DNA of 64,000 nt from Octopus vulgaris (Eukaryota): NCBI GenBank assembly GCA_951406725.2, contig OX597817.1, positions 19,840,001 through 19,904,000 of the forward strand. Direction: 5' to 3'. A program made the position numbers and the translations under genes. Shown here in pieces: positions 13,793 through 27,800 of this stretch. The stretch's first letter is position 1. Each line of letters begins with the position of its first letter. The notes beneath the pieces were generated by a model that did not search any database, had not been told where the DNA came from, and saw only the letters and a program-made list of their open reading frames with translations.

Positions 13793-14978
13793 AGGCGGTG
13801 ATCTGGCAGAAACGCTGGCAGAAATGCTTAGCGGTAAAGACGTCTGCCGTTTCGTTCTGAGTTCAAATTCCGCCGAGGTCGACTTTGCTTTCATCCTTTC
13901 GGGATCGATAAATTAAGTACCAGCTACACACTGGGGTCGATGTAATCGACTTAATCCGTGTGTCTGTCCTTGTTTGTCCCCTCTATGTTTAGCCCCGTGT
14001 AGGCAATAAAAAATAAGAAACGATAGCACGCCGAGCAAAATGCCTAGCGGTATTTCGTCTGTCTTTACGGTCTGAGTTCAAATTCTGCCGGGTCGACTTT
14101 GCCTTTCATCATGTTGAGTCGATAAATTAAGTACCAGTTGCTTACTGAGGTCGAGCTTATCGTCTGGCCTCCTCCCTAAGAATTTCGAGCCTTGTGCCTC
14201 GAGTAGAAAAAGAATATTCTAAAGCAGTGAGCTAGCAGATTCGTTAGCTCACCGGGAGAATGCTGAGCTGCATTTTGTCTGTCAATTCAAATGCCACTGA
14301 AGTCGATTTTCCCTCTCATCCTTTCTAGGTCGATAAAATAAGTATCAGTCAAAAACTGGAGTAGATGTAATCAACTAGCCCCTCCTCCAAAATTTCTGGC
14401 CTTCTGCATGTAATAGAAAAATAAGTATTTCAAGCGGTGAGCTGACAGAATCGTCAGCACATCGGGCAAAATGCTTTACGATATTTCATCCATCATTATG
14501 TTCTGCGATCAAATTCCACCGAGGTCGACTTTGCCTGTTATCTTTTCGGGGTCGATAAAATAAATATCTCTTTCTTTACTACCCACAAGGGGCTAAATAC
14601 AGAGAGGAAAAACAATGACAGACAAACGGATTAAGTCGATTATATCGACCCCAGTACGTAACTGGTACTTATTTAATCGACCCCGAAAGGATGAAAGGCA
14701 AAGTCGACCTCGGCGGAATTTGAACTCAGAACGTAGCGGCAGACGAAATACCTATTTCTTTATTACCCACAAGGGGCTAAACACAGAGGGGACAAACAAG
14801 GACAGACATAGGTATTAAGTCGATTACATCGACACCAGTGCGTAACTGGTACTTAATTTATCGACCCCGAAAGGATGAAAGGCAAAGTCGACCTCGGTGG
14901 AATTTGAACTCAACGTAACGCAGACGAAATACCGATAAGCATTTCGCCCGGCGTCCTAACGAGTCTGCCAGCTCACCG
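13793..14978. mobile_element. cluster of about six SINE family B units (four on +, two on -)
   Basis: The core gtcgactttgcctttcatcctttcggggtcgataaa recurs near 13878, 14092, 14302 and 14524 on +, and in inverted form near 14675 and 14860. Confidence 0.85.
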
Positions 14979-15521
14979 CACTGTGGCGGATGCAATCGGC
15001 TTATCCTGTCCCCCGATATTGCTGGCTTTACACCAAAATTTGAAACCAATATTTTAAAATTCTGAATACATCTTTACGTCGAAGTTTCAAATTTGCTTTT
15101 CACAGTCTAAAACAATAAATATATGATGCAATTCGTAGCAGTTCGCTCATTCATTCCGTGGACCGTAGCTTTAAATTAATGATAGAATTTTGTCAAATTG
15201 CGTTAGGAGCAAAACACGAATGGGTATAGAATACTCAATATCTTTAAAGTGAATTTAAGAAGTACTAATTTGAATGAGTGTATACGAAAATAGTTATTAT
15301 CGACGCTGACCATTTATTTATCTGTACAGTGGTTTTATTTATATACCTATATAAACGCGGAAATAACTAGTAACTAAAATATATTATAGCATCATTTATA
15401 AGGTTAGAATTTTTTTTACAATGTGAGAGTGTTGGAAATTTAGCTTAGGGAAGAATAGCTTTTCGAGGAAAGCTTAAAAAGCAAAAGTATCGGCGAAAGT
15501 TCAAAAGTGTTTTAGCCATGC

Positions 15522-15603
<82 letters not shown>

Positions 15604-16399
15604 TATACATACATACATACATACATACGTACATACATATATACATACATACATACATACACATATGTGCATATGCATGTATCTTTTATCTTTTTATCAT
15701 TTACTGGTTTCAGCCCAGGGCTGAGGTCATACTGGTGCACCACCTGTAGTTAATCGATGTTGTTTCCGGTATTATTTTTTGGTGAATAACGATTTGGACG
15801 AACCTGCATTTCTTTACGTCTCCTTCCGCGATGTGTGTGCATCTGCTATGTCAGACAGAAACCTGTCTAGACGTTCCTTGAAAACTTCTACATCAACACT
15901 ATGTAGACCTCTAACGTTGCATGGAAGGATGTTGAACACACACACATATATATATTTGAAAAAATGAGTAACGATGGCTTTTTTGGATACTTTTTATTTG
16001 AATAATAATGTTTACAGTGAGTGCGAGTTTCATGCTTCAAATAGCCGTTTTCAAATTGAAAATATATATAGATGTGTGTATGTGTATGTGTGTGTGTTAG
16101 AAAACGAGAAAATATTTATAAGAGATGAGAGTTATATCTATACTGACAAGTAAAGTTAATCGCCACATAAATATGACTGTATAGTTACTACTCTCATCTC
16201 TTATTGAGGTTTCCTAACTAGCTAATTTGCTTGTTGCAAATCAGTGGCCGACGGTCGCTTTGTATTCTATATACTAGCAGAGATACCCGGCGTTGCCCGG
16301 TTACATTCAATTGAAGAATTAGACTTTTCTGTTATATTCTCTGAATGAACTGGAATATCTATCAATGTTTCGAATTTCATCAAAATTGCAGATGAGCTG

Positions 16400-17495
16400 G
16401 AAGCAATAACGCTTCCTAAATGACATCAGGTCAAGAAAATTGGATGTAATTGCTGCAACGGAAACCTGGGTAAAGGGGCCAAGATCTGCACCCCCTCCTG
16501 GACGACTATGAGAAATACATTTTTCCGTGCCGGGCGGCAGTTGGAGGTGGGGTGTTGGTCATACTAAAAAGAAACGGGGTAGCCGAGAAAAAAGCTGTTT
16601 TTTTCTGACCCAGAAGGCAGGCTGGTCGTTCTTGACCTGACATTCAATTGCGGCAAGATAATTAGGCTAGTTGCTATTTATGCATCCAACATTATGGGCC
16701 CGTAAAGTGAATATTTTCGTGTCCTGGGCAAGTTTCTTGCCACGTCGCATTCGCTAGTATTGTTAGGAGACTTTAACACAATATGTGACGCATATACAGA
16801 TTGTGTTGGCTCGAATAGGAACAGAAAATATAACCCAGGCTTACGGGATCTGCTAAGTCACTTTCAGCTAGCAGATCCATATAGATTGGAACACCCGAAC
16901 ACTCCACAGTGGACGTGGTCAAATAGTGACGGGTCTTCCAGAACATATCTAGATAGGGTTTTAATTAGAGAAACAGATAAGTCCATAGCCGAGTGTCCAC
17001 AGCTTTTTCTAGTCAGCTACAGTGACTACAATATGGTTACCTGTAAACTGACAGTAGATAAGTTGCAGTTAGGGGTCTAGCTACTGGAAACTCAATACGT
17101 CCCTTTTGGCGATTGAGGAGTACAGAAAGCGGATCGAGATGTTAATACAGAGGGCATTAACAGGTACCACCATTAATAACAAATGGTGGTACGCCCTAAA
17201 AAGAGCCATCGAATATGAGTCTATAAGGTCTAGCATAAGTTTAGCTAAGAACAGACGTAGAATAGGAGATGGTCTAGTTAAGGAACTAGAAGCCTGGGGA
17301 ACTAGTTATGCGGACCAAGCGAGGGTGAAAAGACTGGAATTAAACTAGCATCCTGAAGCCCAACACATGGGAAGTATTGCCAGAGCTAAGTTACGTGGGA
17401 TGGGAAGTGAAGGAATCAAGGCCGCTGGATGGGCCCGAGTGGTGGAAGCTCGGCAAGGAAATAATTCCACTATTCGGTCTTTGACGAATCCGAGC
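16400..17495 (+). pseudogene. L1/Tx1-clade LINE ORF2 fragment (AP endonuclease + linker), frameshifted
   Basis: Motifs LDVIAATETW, DPEGRLVVLD, LVAIYASN, LLGDFN, WTWSN...TYLDRVL, SDY, YWKLNTSLL. Confidence 0.85.
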
Positions 17496-17685
17496 CACAC
17501 CTGCACCTGTGTGTGTGGGGGGGGTGTATCGGTATGGGTGTATTTATGTATGCATGTATATATGTATATATATATATGTGTACATATTACATATACATCC
17601 ATATATACATCTAGACATACATATATACATATTCATGTATATCTATAGAAGTACATCTATACATATACAGCTACACATATACATT

Positions 17686-17729
<44 letters not shown>

Positions 17730-17730
<1 letters not shown>

Positions 17731-17920
17731 CTAGTCGCCATGATAGATCGTTAGCCACTACACACATTTTTCTCTCCTTGTTTTTTCTGTGTCCATTTCT
17801 GTAGAAGAGCGTAGGTTTGAAACGTAAAAGACTTTTATAATCCTGAGCGTTGTACTGATAGATCTGTTTGTTTTGTACACCACCTGTCTTCGTCTTCTGT
17901 TTTTCCGTAAACTCTCCCTA
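17730..17920 (+). mobile_element. PLE-like tail-only insertion with variant hammerhead (17795-17830)
   Basis: ttt-CTGTAGAA-GAGCgtagGTTT-GAAACGTA-aaa. Same family as 50257-50449 and 18433-18470; starts at a (TA)n tract. Confidence 0.55.
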
Positions 17921-18109
17921 TAAGATATGATATTGCTATGGGCTCGCCCTAGGCAAGAAGTTGAACATTTCTTTCGCCTATGAAACTACATGGACCCTAA
18001 GTAAGGCATGTGTTAAATTTCAATGAAATTGGTTGTGTAGTTCTCAAGTTCTAGGGAACCACACAGACAGACAGACAGACACACATTCTCAGTTTTATAT
18101 ATAGAGAGA

Positions 18110-18500
18110 TTGTGAGCGGGAGGAGACTCTTACCATATCTCTAGCAGTCAGGTGTTCGCGACTGAGAATGGGGAGAAATAGCCTGAAACCGAGTCGTTCT
18201 CGCGATCCCATCGTCTGCTAGAGGATGGCAGGGATTCGCTGTCCTACTTACAATATATATACAAGGGTGCATGGCTACACCTGTAACCACCTGGCGGGAA
18301 GACTTACCTGGGCTTAAAACAGTAGTAGCATTGAACAGTCATATTAATGTGGAGGCCATGTAGGACCACTGAACACTACACAGTTTTTCTCTCTCCGTGC
18401 TTTTCCTTCTCTCACTATTTCCCCCTCTTATTCTTTTCTATCAGAGGCCGTGGGCTCGAAGCGTAAAAGACTTTTCCATTTTTCCATCACCAACCACTTT
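18110..18500 (+). mobile_element. degraded PLE-like tail with decayed hammerhead variant (18433-18470)
   Basis: ...gtgggctcgaagcgtaaaagactttt matches the 17795 and 50353 motif family. Confidence 0.4.
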
Positions 18501-19758
18501 CTGGTTCATAACTCGTATAGACTTACCCATCCATAGTACAGTATGACATGACCCAGCACGAGTTATATCACAAAGTTCGTCAATTGTCAGGTGATGGTCC
18601 TTCAAGATCAGTTCGTGAATTTTCGTGATGGTTTCATTCGTTCTAGATGGGGGACGGGGTGTTATCCTAAGCGAAATTTGTTTTAAAATGACAAGTGACC
18701 AAATCTAAAGGGTGAAACCTACTCGTAAACTTTCTTTTTTCATGGTTGCGCCCTTGAAGCTGTCTGAAGCGTTGCAACTGTTTCTGCCGGCTTTTTATCC
18801 CTACCAGAAAACAGAATTTACGGAAGCATGCAGTTCCTTCGTTTCAGCCATCTCAAAATTAGACAAACAGGGGAAACACTATAAAACAATGACGCACCAC
18901 GTAGCAGAACGTCAACACGTGGAGACGCTTGTCGGCAGACTGATGCCTTACGGCTGCATCAAGCGGCTTCTTGCGGCGTCTCCCATAGAGAATGTTTCCG
19001 TTTACTTCTGGGTATATACCTCATAATAATCAGCTCCCATTGTTACACACACACACATACACGCACGCACACACACACAAACGCGCAAGTACGTACATAT
19101 AAATATATTTACACAGAAAAACAGAAAATCAAACATACTTGTACATGCAATCATTGCGTTTCTGTAATTATGGGCGTGTATAACTCATTTTTTTATGTTT
19201 ATATAACTTGTTCTAGACTGGATTACCGGATTATTTATTACTGGAATAAATGCCTGTTAACTGCTTTACTGATGATGCGATTGAGATAGAGCACGTTACG
19301 TGCGTCTTCTCTTCGTTAATTCGGAGAATTGTTAACCTTTGTGATCATCCCCCCTTTCCTTCCGGATTCAGTATCTTTGCAAAACTGTTAGTGAAAATTA
19401 TTCAACTTGTATGTAGTTATCATATTTCGTTATCTGGTTCTGCGAAGGCCAGATGCGTTACAGTTTGCAACAGAGCTCCACATTTCTCAAAGTTTACTCG
19501 TTTGGAGCTTATGAAAATGTGAAACCGGTCAAGTTTACACGCACACACACACACAAATATGTGTATGTATTCGAATATGTTTAGATATACAAAAGAGAGC
19601 GCTTAATAGACATAGTAGTCAACAATCCATTCCGGGGCTGTTCGAATCACAATAACTCAATTATACCATTGCGCACGAAGAAACTCACATGCCAAGTTCC
19701 TATTTGATATGGTGTGTATTGTCGAATTTATGCAGACATACAGACACATGCACACATA

Positions 19759-19820
<62 letters not shown>

Positions 19821-22293
19821 ATAACACATCATAAATATAAAACATAATATGTGTGTGTGTGTGTGCACACGATAAATATATAATTATATATCTTCTTTAA
19901 GTGTGTATGAATGCGTCTGTGTGTATGCATCAAACTGTCGATTTAGCATAACTGAGGGCGTGCTGAATATAAGCCACTATGCCTACAAAGACATTAGACG
20001 ACATTTTAGATTATATTTAAAAAAAATAAAAATAAACGTTACCCGTTTCAATGCGTATTTGCATCCTGCTACGAGTAGAAATCTTTTATATTTCTCTTGC
20101 AGACGTTCATCATGAAAGAGTCAGGGAATACATTAATATTCATACCTCTGTCAACACCGTTAGAATTATAGATGCTACAAACTTTTTCCAGTTTGCTTTC
20201 AAGCAATATATTTTATAATATATATAATATATTATATGATCCACCAACTAAAAGAATAAAAATGACCAATAGAAAATTAAGTTTCAAATCTTACGAAAAA
20301 AAAAAGAAGAAATTACTTCACCAAATATATAAAAAAATTTCTGGCACGATATTTCAGTAGAAATAAAGTTATATTTTCCACTTTTGAAGTATAGAGTAAG
20401 TGGCAGAACTCTCGGTATATCATATTGTATAAATTTATTAACTACAGCTACTGTCAACATAAAATGTGGTATTGACGTGTAAGGTATCAAAACAATTGCA
20501 ATATTATAATATCGCCTGGAAATTTAAGCTGAAAAGAGGAAATTAAGTTATCCTAAATAAGTAGGCTTGGTCGAGGAAAAAAATAAGCAGCAGAAAAATT
20601 AATGGGAACGCTGCTAGAATAATTTATGCAAGGATTGAAATGTGTCAAATATCCTAAAGCTGGAGAAATAATGGAAAAGAAGTTAACATTAAAGGAAATC
20701 TATGCATACCTTGGAATAAATAATTGGCACTCTGATGAGGTTCTGTGAAGTCTGAAATATTTTTACTATGAATTTCGTAAAGGACAACAATTTCAGTAAT
20801 TTAAGACCAAAGTCTTATAAATTTGAATGCTAATTATATTCCATTTTAAATCCGCAATATGTTTACTGCTTTATTTTCTCCCTCTAATGTATACATCAAT
20901 AATTTCAGTTATCGCGTAACAGAAATGATATCAAAGGAGATATATAACTCACACATCGCTTTTTTTTAAAACTAATACGATTATTCTTGTCTTTTCTCAC
21001 CCACTCTACAGTGATATACCTTCCTGCACCTCAAAGTATTGCGTTTATATTAAATGTTTGTGAAAAAATGTTCTAATGTATTATATTTTAAAAAAATATA
21101 ATAGGTAAAGCCGAAAAATATGACCATGAATACGCTCTAAACTTGGTGAAGTTGTGCACTCCCAGTTTGAATACATCTCTATGACAAAACTTGCATTTAA
21201 ATGGCATAAACATTCTGTTCGTCTCGTTTAGTTTATTCTACCATTATTTTAGTTATGTGCGTGTTTATATACTTTACCTGTTGAACCCTTTTCACATACA
21301 TATAGAACTCTTTCCTCAAGCAAGAACATATATCTGTAAAAGATCATTTCAGATGACGATTTTAGCATTAGGTTTCTCAAATGCAAAATGAGGACAACCC
21401 CATCAGTCACTCGCCCGTTATCCTTTCCCTTTTCCTATCTTTACTCTTAGATGTTTTATATTGCATTTGGTAAAACAAGTCGAAGTCTCTCGGGGAAATT
21501 CCTAATCCTACTGTATTACATAAAAGACAGGAAGATTATGATTATTAATTGTAAATACACAATAAATTTAAGTTGATATATTAGCCCCGCACTTAAGAAT
21601 TCTTAATATGAATTGGATGTATTTTAATTCAAGTGACAATCAATGTGCGTTTTCCATGGTTTGTAGACCAGAAAATAGATAAAATAAAACAAAATAAAGA
21701 ATAATTTTATCTCTGAGACAGACACGGTCCAGCCAATGACACAGATGTTTGGAGTCTTTATTTTTGCGTGTTCTTAACTATGTGTAATCGGCTGTGGTGA
21801 GAAAGAGACGTAGTCAATATATCGGGTTAATTAAATCATATTTTTCCCGAGAAGCATTCAATCAAACATTTGTTTAGTTTGCATAATGAATCATATATAC
21901 CATTCAATTATTCAGTTCTTCCTTAAGCAGAAATCCAATTTCAAAATTTCGCTGTTTGTGTAATAAGAAAAATAAAGCAAATAGAAATTAAAAGTCATTA
22001 AGATACCATAACATCATGGAGTCTCTATGCCACTTGAAAAACATTTGAGGTTATCGGTGATATTATCTATTCTTTCGCAGCCAACTGTCTGCAAAATATT
22101 TGTTGATCTTCCCAATTCTTGATTAGTTATTTTATCAATTAACTCGAATGAATTCATCTTGTTTACCGAAGTTAAGCTAATACATGGATACTGAAGTAAT
22201 AATGCCATGTACAATAAAAAGAATAATTGTATGTGTATGTGTATTAAATTAATGAGAGAAACGGAAGATGGAAAATACGAGAGTGTTTACTGA

Positions 22294-22397
22294 TCACTAC
22301 AATTGTTTCGATCCATCTAGCATCAATTCCGCACATATGGGATACTGAACATCAGGTTTAGTTGCATCCGATGGTGTAGATGTGTTCCTTCAAGTGA
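22294..22397 (-). ncRNA. hammerhead ribozyme-like motif with long helix II
   Basis: Minus strand: TCAC-TTGAAGG-[77 nt, catcta...tagatg pairing]-GAAA-CAATTG-TA-GTGA. Stem I is TCAC/GTGA and stem III is palindromic. Confidence 0.55.
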
Positions 22398-24614
22398 CAA
22401 GAGATATCTCGTTTAAATAAAGTCTGTTCCGCAACAATTTGTCTTGGAATATGTATACAAGAACAGCAAATTAAGAGATATTCTTATATGAGATCAATAA
22501 AAAAAATATCAGATGCAAATATATATAAATACACAATACAGCCGCAAAATATAGATACGTAACGGTTACTAAACATGGATGCATTAACACTCTTGCTTAC
22601 GCTATCTGGTGCACGTACACTCGCTCGTAAAAACTAACACAATGATATATTCATACGTACTTGTGCACCTCTACAGTCAATGTAAATTTGAAATAGGGAG
22701 CTAATGAGCAGCACTTACATTTGATCACTATAAAGAAAATGATTTGTGCATTTTGTTCAATAACAATTGAACACACATACGTCGTGCTCAACGGGCGAGT
22801 CCCTCATATATTTATATGCATATATATTTGTATGTATATATCTATATCATATGTGTGTGTTTGTGTGTATGTGTGAAGTAAATAAGTTTTTGCAGGAGAA
22901 CTTGCAGAAGAAAAGTTATAAATAATATCTTTTAGGATATAGGGTTGTAGAACTTTCAGCAAAAAAAATTAGGAAGTTTGCCCATATGATGTTTCGAGTT
23001 TCCCTGTAAAGCATTAGTTCATAGCTCTCAAATTTCTAAATTTGAATATATCAAACTGTTTAAACTTCTTGTTTTTACTACCAATAAAACTGAATAAAAT
23101 CAAACAGATTGGCTTGCATTGCTATAATAGTAATCTCCTCATAAATATGAGTTAAATTCCATGGGTAAAACACGTCCGTTTTTCATCTAGAAAGTTTTCC
23201 TGTTACATATTGTATATGTTATTATTTTTCGCGTTAACTGCATCGAGTAAATAGTAATGTACTGTATATCCCACGAAGTAATGTAAGCGTATATATATAT
23301 GCTGATATTAAATAGTATTAAATACTTAAAGTTCTCTGAAGCTACTGGACTTGTCTATATAAACAGACTGTCTACTGATTCCTCTGGCATTGATCAAGTG
23401 ATGTAGGGGCCTCTTATGAGAGAGGAATACGGTTCGGAAATCGACTGAAGCTGTTCACTGTTTTTAGTCTACGATGGAATAAGTTCCAGGTTTAAAGAAA
23501 GGCGCTAGTGTCCATACATTCGACTAATATTTCTACAAGAAGATGCCCCCACATTACCCTAGTCTAACGATTGAAAGAGGTGCGAGCAAAAAAAAAAAGA
23601 AAAAAAAAAGGAAACATACATAATATAGCGATATAGAGAAGAGTGCATTTTGCACCAAGAGCCAATATGAAAATTCTCTACTGCCATCTATTACAGTATA
23701 GCTTGATCTTATCAGAGAATAGATATTTATGGACAAAGATTTGGAAATCGCACCTTAGTCGATTAATAGAGACTTCGATCAGAAATGCATTTTGATATAA
23801 ATTCCCATTTTCAAGATAATGACTATTCTGTTTCAAGCATTGCTCAGGGAACGAAACAATTAAATAACAAAGATTGAGATAAAAGCATTTCCTTCGGTAT
23901 TTGTACGCATTCTCATTCAATATTTATCCTCAATTCCCTGACTTTTTCCAGTTCTGCACTCTATACATTATCCCATAAAAAACATCAGATTCTATGAGGT
24001 TTGGTGAAGGCAGAGGGTACACTACTGAACACAGTCTTCTAATACACCTGCTTCATCAACGTAGGTATTTACACTATATCTGTCTGAAGCTCCTTCCTAA
24101 AATATTTTTGCACTTCGAGTGCACTTCGACTGCATTTTCAAAGCGTAGCCTGCAAACTATTCGTTATTTTTAATCGATTAAATCTAAAAAGAAATCAAAA
24201 TTCAGTTAACAGCTAATACAATGTATATTCATTTATTGGGTACACCCTGTATGCATACATGTGTTCGTGCGTTTGCCTGGGTGTATGACTTTATATATTT
24301 ACCTGTATGTATATGAAGAGACACGTATTTTTATATATGCGTATGTGCGAGTGTTTCTGACTGTGCTCTTTTCTATTGGGAAAATTACAAAATTTGCCAG
24401 TATTGTATGAGAAATTAACGATTAATCATGAAAGTAATCTCGGTATATCTGCTTCTTTATATCGATACTTTGTAAATCATATGTCTATTCATTTGCACAA
24501 GTTTCATGTTGATAAGAATTTCCCGTCGTATTCTCTATACGCAGTGATACATGAAAAAATATTGCCTTCTATCATTAATGATGCAATATCAAATCTATTG
24601 GTATTTCCTAAGGG

Positions 24615-24710
<96 letters not shown>

Positions 24711-24857
24711 GTATATACATACACATATGTATACATATATACATATACATATATATACATATATGCATATACATATATATATACATATACACATACACAT
24801 ATACATATATTTATATACATATACTTGTACCTATATATGTATGTGTGTGTCTCTATA

Positions 24858-24917
<60 letters not shown>

Positions 24918-24918
<1 letters not shown>

Positions 24919-25800
24919 CGAATACACGTGTACAGTTAACAAAAGCGGCAACACAGAATTGTACATAGGTCACACAACTAACAACCTCAGGCAATATCCT
25001 CACTTGTTCCGCATCCCAACGTGGAAAAATAATTTCACAATTGTTTTTCCCTCAGGGAAATTAATGTATGTCTCGACCTTCATGGTAAGATATTGGACAT
25101 TTTAATCCTATATACGTGGTAAGAAAATTCTGTATGAAGGAAGCAATGAAATCCTTTCTTTAAGATATCACTACTTACCAGAAGAACTGATGAAGTAATC
25201 TTTTGCTGACTCCAAGGGTATATAATGTATCCCAACTATATACCTGTTCAGGATGCTTAACCCCCTTGAGCATAGGGATAGAACCATTACCTAGAACATA
25301 CTATCACTAGGCTACAAAGAAAACTACGATCAATTCAGTCATCCATCGTATGCGCCTTAATTATACACAAGGCACAGAAAATGCAGTTAGTCCTTCCACT
25401 CAATCCCCACAACTATCATGACTTACAATTCTGCTATCTCTTACTTCTTTTTCTATTACATACTAACCTCGTCACATTCCTTCATTTACAGTTATATCTG
25501 TACTAATCCACTCCACCAAACATCGATTAGCATCCCTCCACGTTTTGCTTCGTTGTTATAATATCCGTGTAATATGTTCTACCGCCATATAATGCAGTCT
25601 CTTAATTCACCTCTCCATTTCAGTTCTAACTGTAGAACACGAAATCACGACAAATGGATACTTTGTAGGTTGCGCATAGGCCTGAGTGGGTAAACTGAAA
25701 CAATGCTGTGTACTCACTATGTTTTCGTAAGACCCACCCTATTAAAATTCTCTTTCTATTTCCACTTTCATAACTTAACTATCTAATTAACAATCTAAAA
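24918..25800 (+). mobile_element. degraded PLE 3' end (GIY-YIG fragment + UTR)
   Basis: [25 protein letters not shown] begins immediately after a (TA)n tract. The 3' boundary is approximate. Confidence 0.5.
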
Positions 25801-25879
25801 TTTTCCATGTTACATTCCTACTGTTTGCTCACTGTATAACTAACCTACTCCTATATTTTTTTTTTATTCTTCATATTAA

Positions 25880-26530
25880 ACGGAATATCGTATGGTCGTC
25901 TATATGAACTTAGAGACGACTTTGGAATCTCCTGCAACTCTTCTGGATGGTCTCCCTGTTTAAGTTGGTGAATGCTACCATAATCCTTGCCTTCAGTTAA
26001 TCTTTGTTGTTACAAGGAATTTTGTCGATCTCTCACTCAACTGCACTCAACATATAATAATCGAGGGAGTTAGGTGACCAGATGTTAAGGTGATGTGGTC
26101 GCAGAAGTTGTCTGACAACCATGATTGGGATCGTCTGCTTGTGTGGCATGGTACTGAATCCTTTTACCAAACATAGGGTCTTTCAGCAGCCACCCCTTGA
26201 CCCAGATCCCGGCAGAAATTTTTGTCGTCTGAGAAAAACCAAAGTATGCTCAGTTGGAGCATATTCTAGAGTTTAATCAAACGATTCGTAGCACCGTTTT
26301 TCCTCTTGTCCTTGGTCTCTTCTGATCTAGTATGAGGAATACCGAATGTATTCATGCACTTTCTGCCTGATAACAAACACAGGTACTCCCATATCCATGG
26401 ACCTGATTCCCTTGATGGGATCGTTGTCAATCCTGGCCGCGATGTCACCAACAAATTCAGGAGGTCTTTCTCTCACAGACGGTGCCCCACTGACACTACT
26501 ATACTATGTAGTAGAAAAAAATCCCAAACA
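25880..26530 (-). mobile_element. maT/DD37D-like (Tc1/mariner) transposase remnant, internally deleted
   Basis: Minus-strand motifs [50 protein letters not shown]. Related to 52925-53300. Confidence 0.75.
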
Positions 26531-26589
26531 ACTAGCATGCGCGAAATTAAAAGTAAAAACGGCTACAATTTCCCCGTCGCACCATGTGT

Positions 26590-26664
26590 TTGTATATGTA
26601 TATATATATTTATATATATATATGTATACATATATTTATATGTGTATATGTATATATATATTTA

Positions 26665-26750
<86 letters not shown>

Positions 26751-26895
26751 GTATATATATATATATATATATTTATATATGTATATATATATTTATATAT
26801 GTATATATATATATTTATATATGTATATATATATATTTATATATGTATATATATATATATATATATTTATATATGTATATATATATATATATTTA

Positions 26896-26934
<39 letters not shown>

Positions 26935-26935
26935 G

Positions 26936-26972
<37 letters not shown>
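26590..26972. repeat. compound (TA)n minisatellite with repeating tatatatttatatatg unit
   Basis: Read directly from the sequence. Confidence 0.9.
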
Positions 26973-27369
26973 CATATAGTTTAAGACATATCACGCACAC
27001 AGCCACATGCACACGGACATACACACACACACTCATTCTGTCTCTCCTTCTTCCTGTCTCTCTCTCATAAATGTACTCTCTTATATATAAACTTATAGAC
27101 ACACCTGCACACACATCCACATATTTTGTATCTGCAAATACAGTTTTTAGAAAATGTGTATGAGAACGAGTTATGATATAGTGAAGAGTCTTAGCAAAAA
27201 TAGATTGTGATACTTTTCGTAATAGGAAATTGATGTAAACAATTTATTCCAGAAAGTTGCTTGTTTTTACACACATATATTCACCATAGTTGTTACGGGC
27301 ATTAAAGTCAGTGAAATATCTTATTGATAATGAGAGAAATAACTGACAGTGTTTCTTTTACCGAAATAT

Positions 27370-27800
27370 TCTGGTAGAGAAAACAAATATGTTTTTATAT
27401 TGTATCTTTGACTTGTTTCAGTCACTACACTACAGCCAAGCTGGCGCATCGTCTTGAAATATTTTTTAGTTGAACGAATAAACCGTAGTTCTTTGTTAAA
27501 GCCTGACACTCTTTTTATCGATCTCTTTTGTTGAACCATTGATTAACAGTGAGGTAAATAAACCAACACCAGGTGTGATACAGTGGAAGAGAGAAAGATA
27601 GTCTCAAAGCAAAGACACACGCACACGAAATTATATACATATATACAGCTGGTTCCTCTTATTTTCCACCTACTGAATCACAAGTCTTAGAAAGGACCAA
27701 GGCGATATAGTAGGTGACATTTGCCCTAGATGTCACGCAATAGGAGTGACCCCGAACCCATGTGATTGGGAAGCAAACTTCTCGCAACAGAGCCACGTGA
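27370..27800 (-). mobile_element. SINE family A, old degraded copy
   Basis: acttgtttcagtcact ... gaacccatgtgattgggaagcaaacttctcgcaacagagcca resembles 31262-31672. Confidence 0.6.

Larger units (their letters stand above)
16273..18110 (+). mobile_element. Helitron/Helentron-like non-autonomous shell with nested fragments
   Basis: 5' end actagcagagatacccggcgttgcccgg; 3' part aaatttcaatgaaattggttgtgtagtt...(acag)n...ttttatatatagag. This is the layout typical of DINE-1/HINE-like elements. Confidence 0.6.

Noticed and set aside
20090-20218. Strong splice acceptor followed by a ~38-codon open frame
   Set aside because: No recognisable protein similarity, no donor site, and no supporting neighbouring exons.
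20730-20765. CTGATGA...GAAA motif; similar partial cores near 8324, 25188 and 33897
   Set aside because: Stems I and III or the GAAA cannot be formed convincingly; these may be decayed motifs or chance matches.
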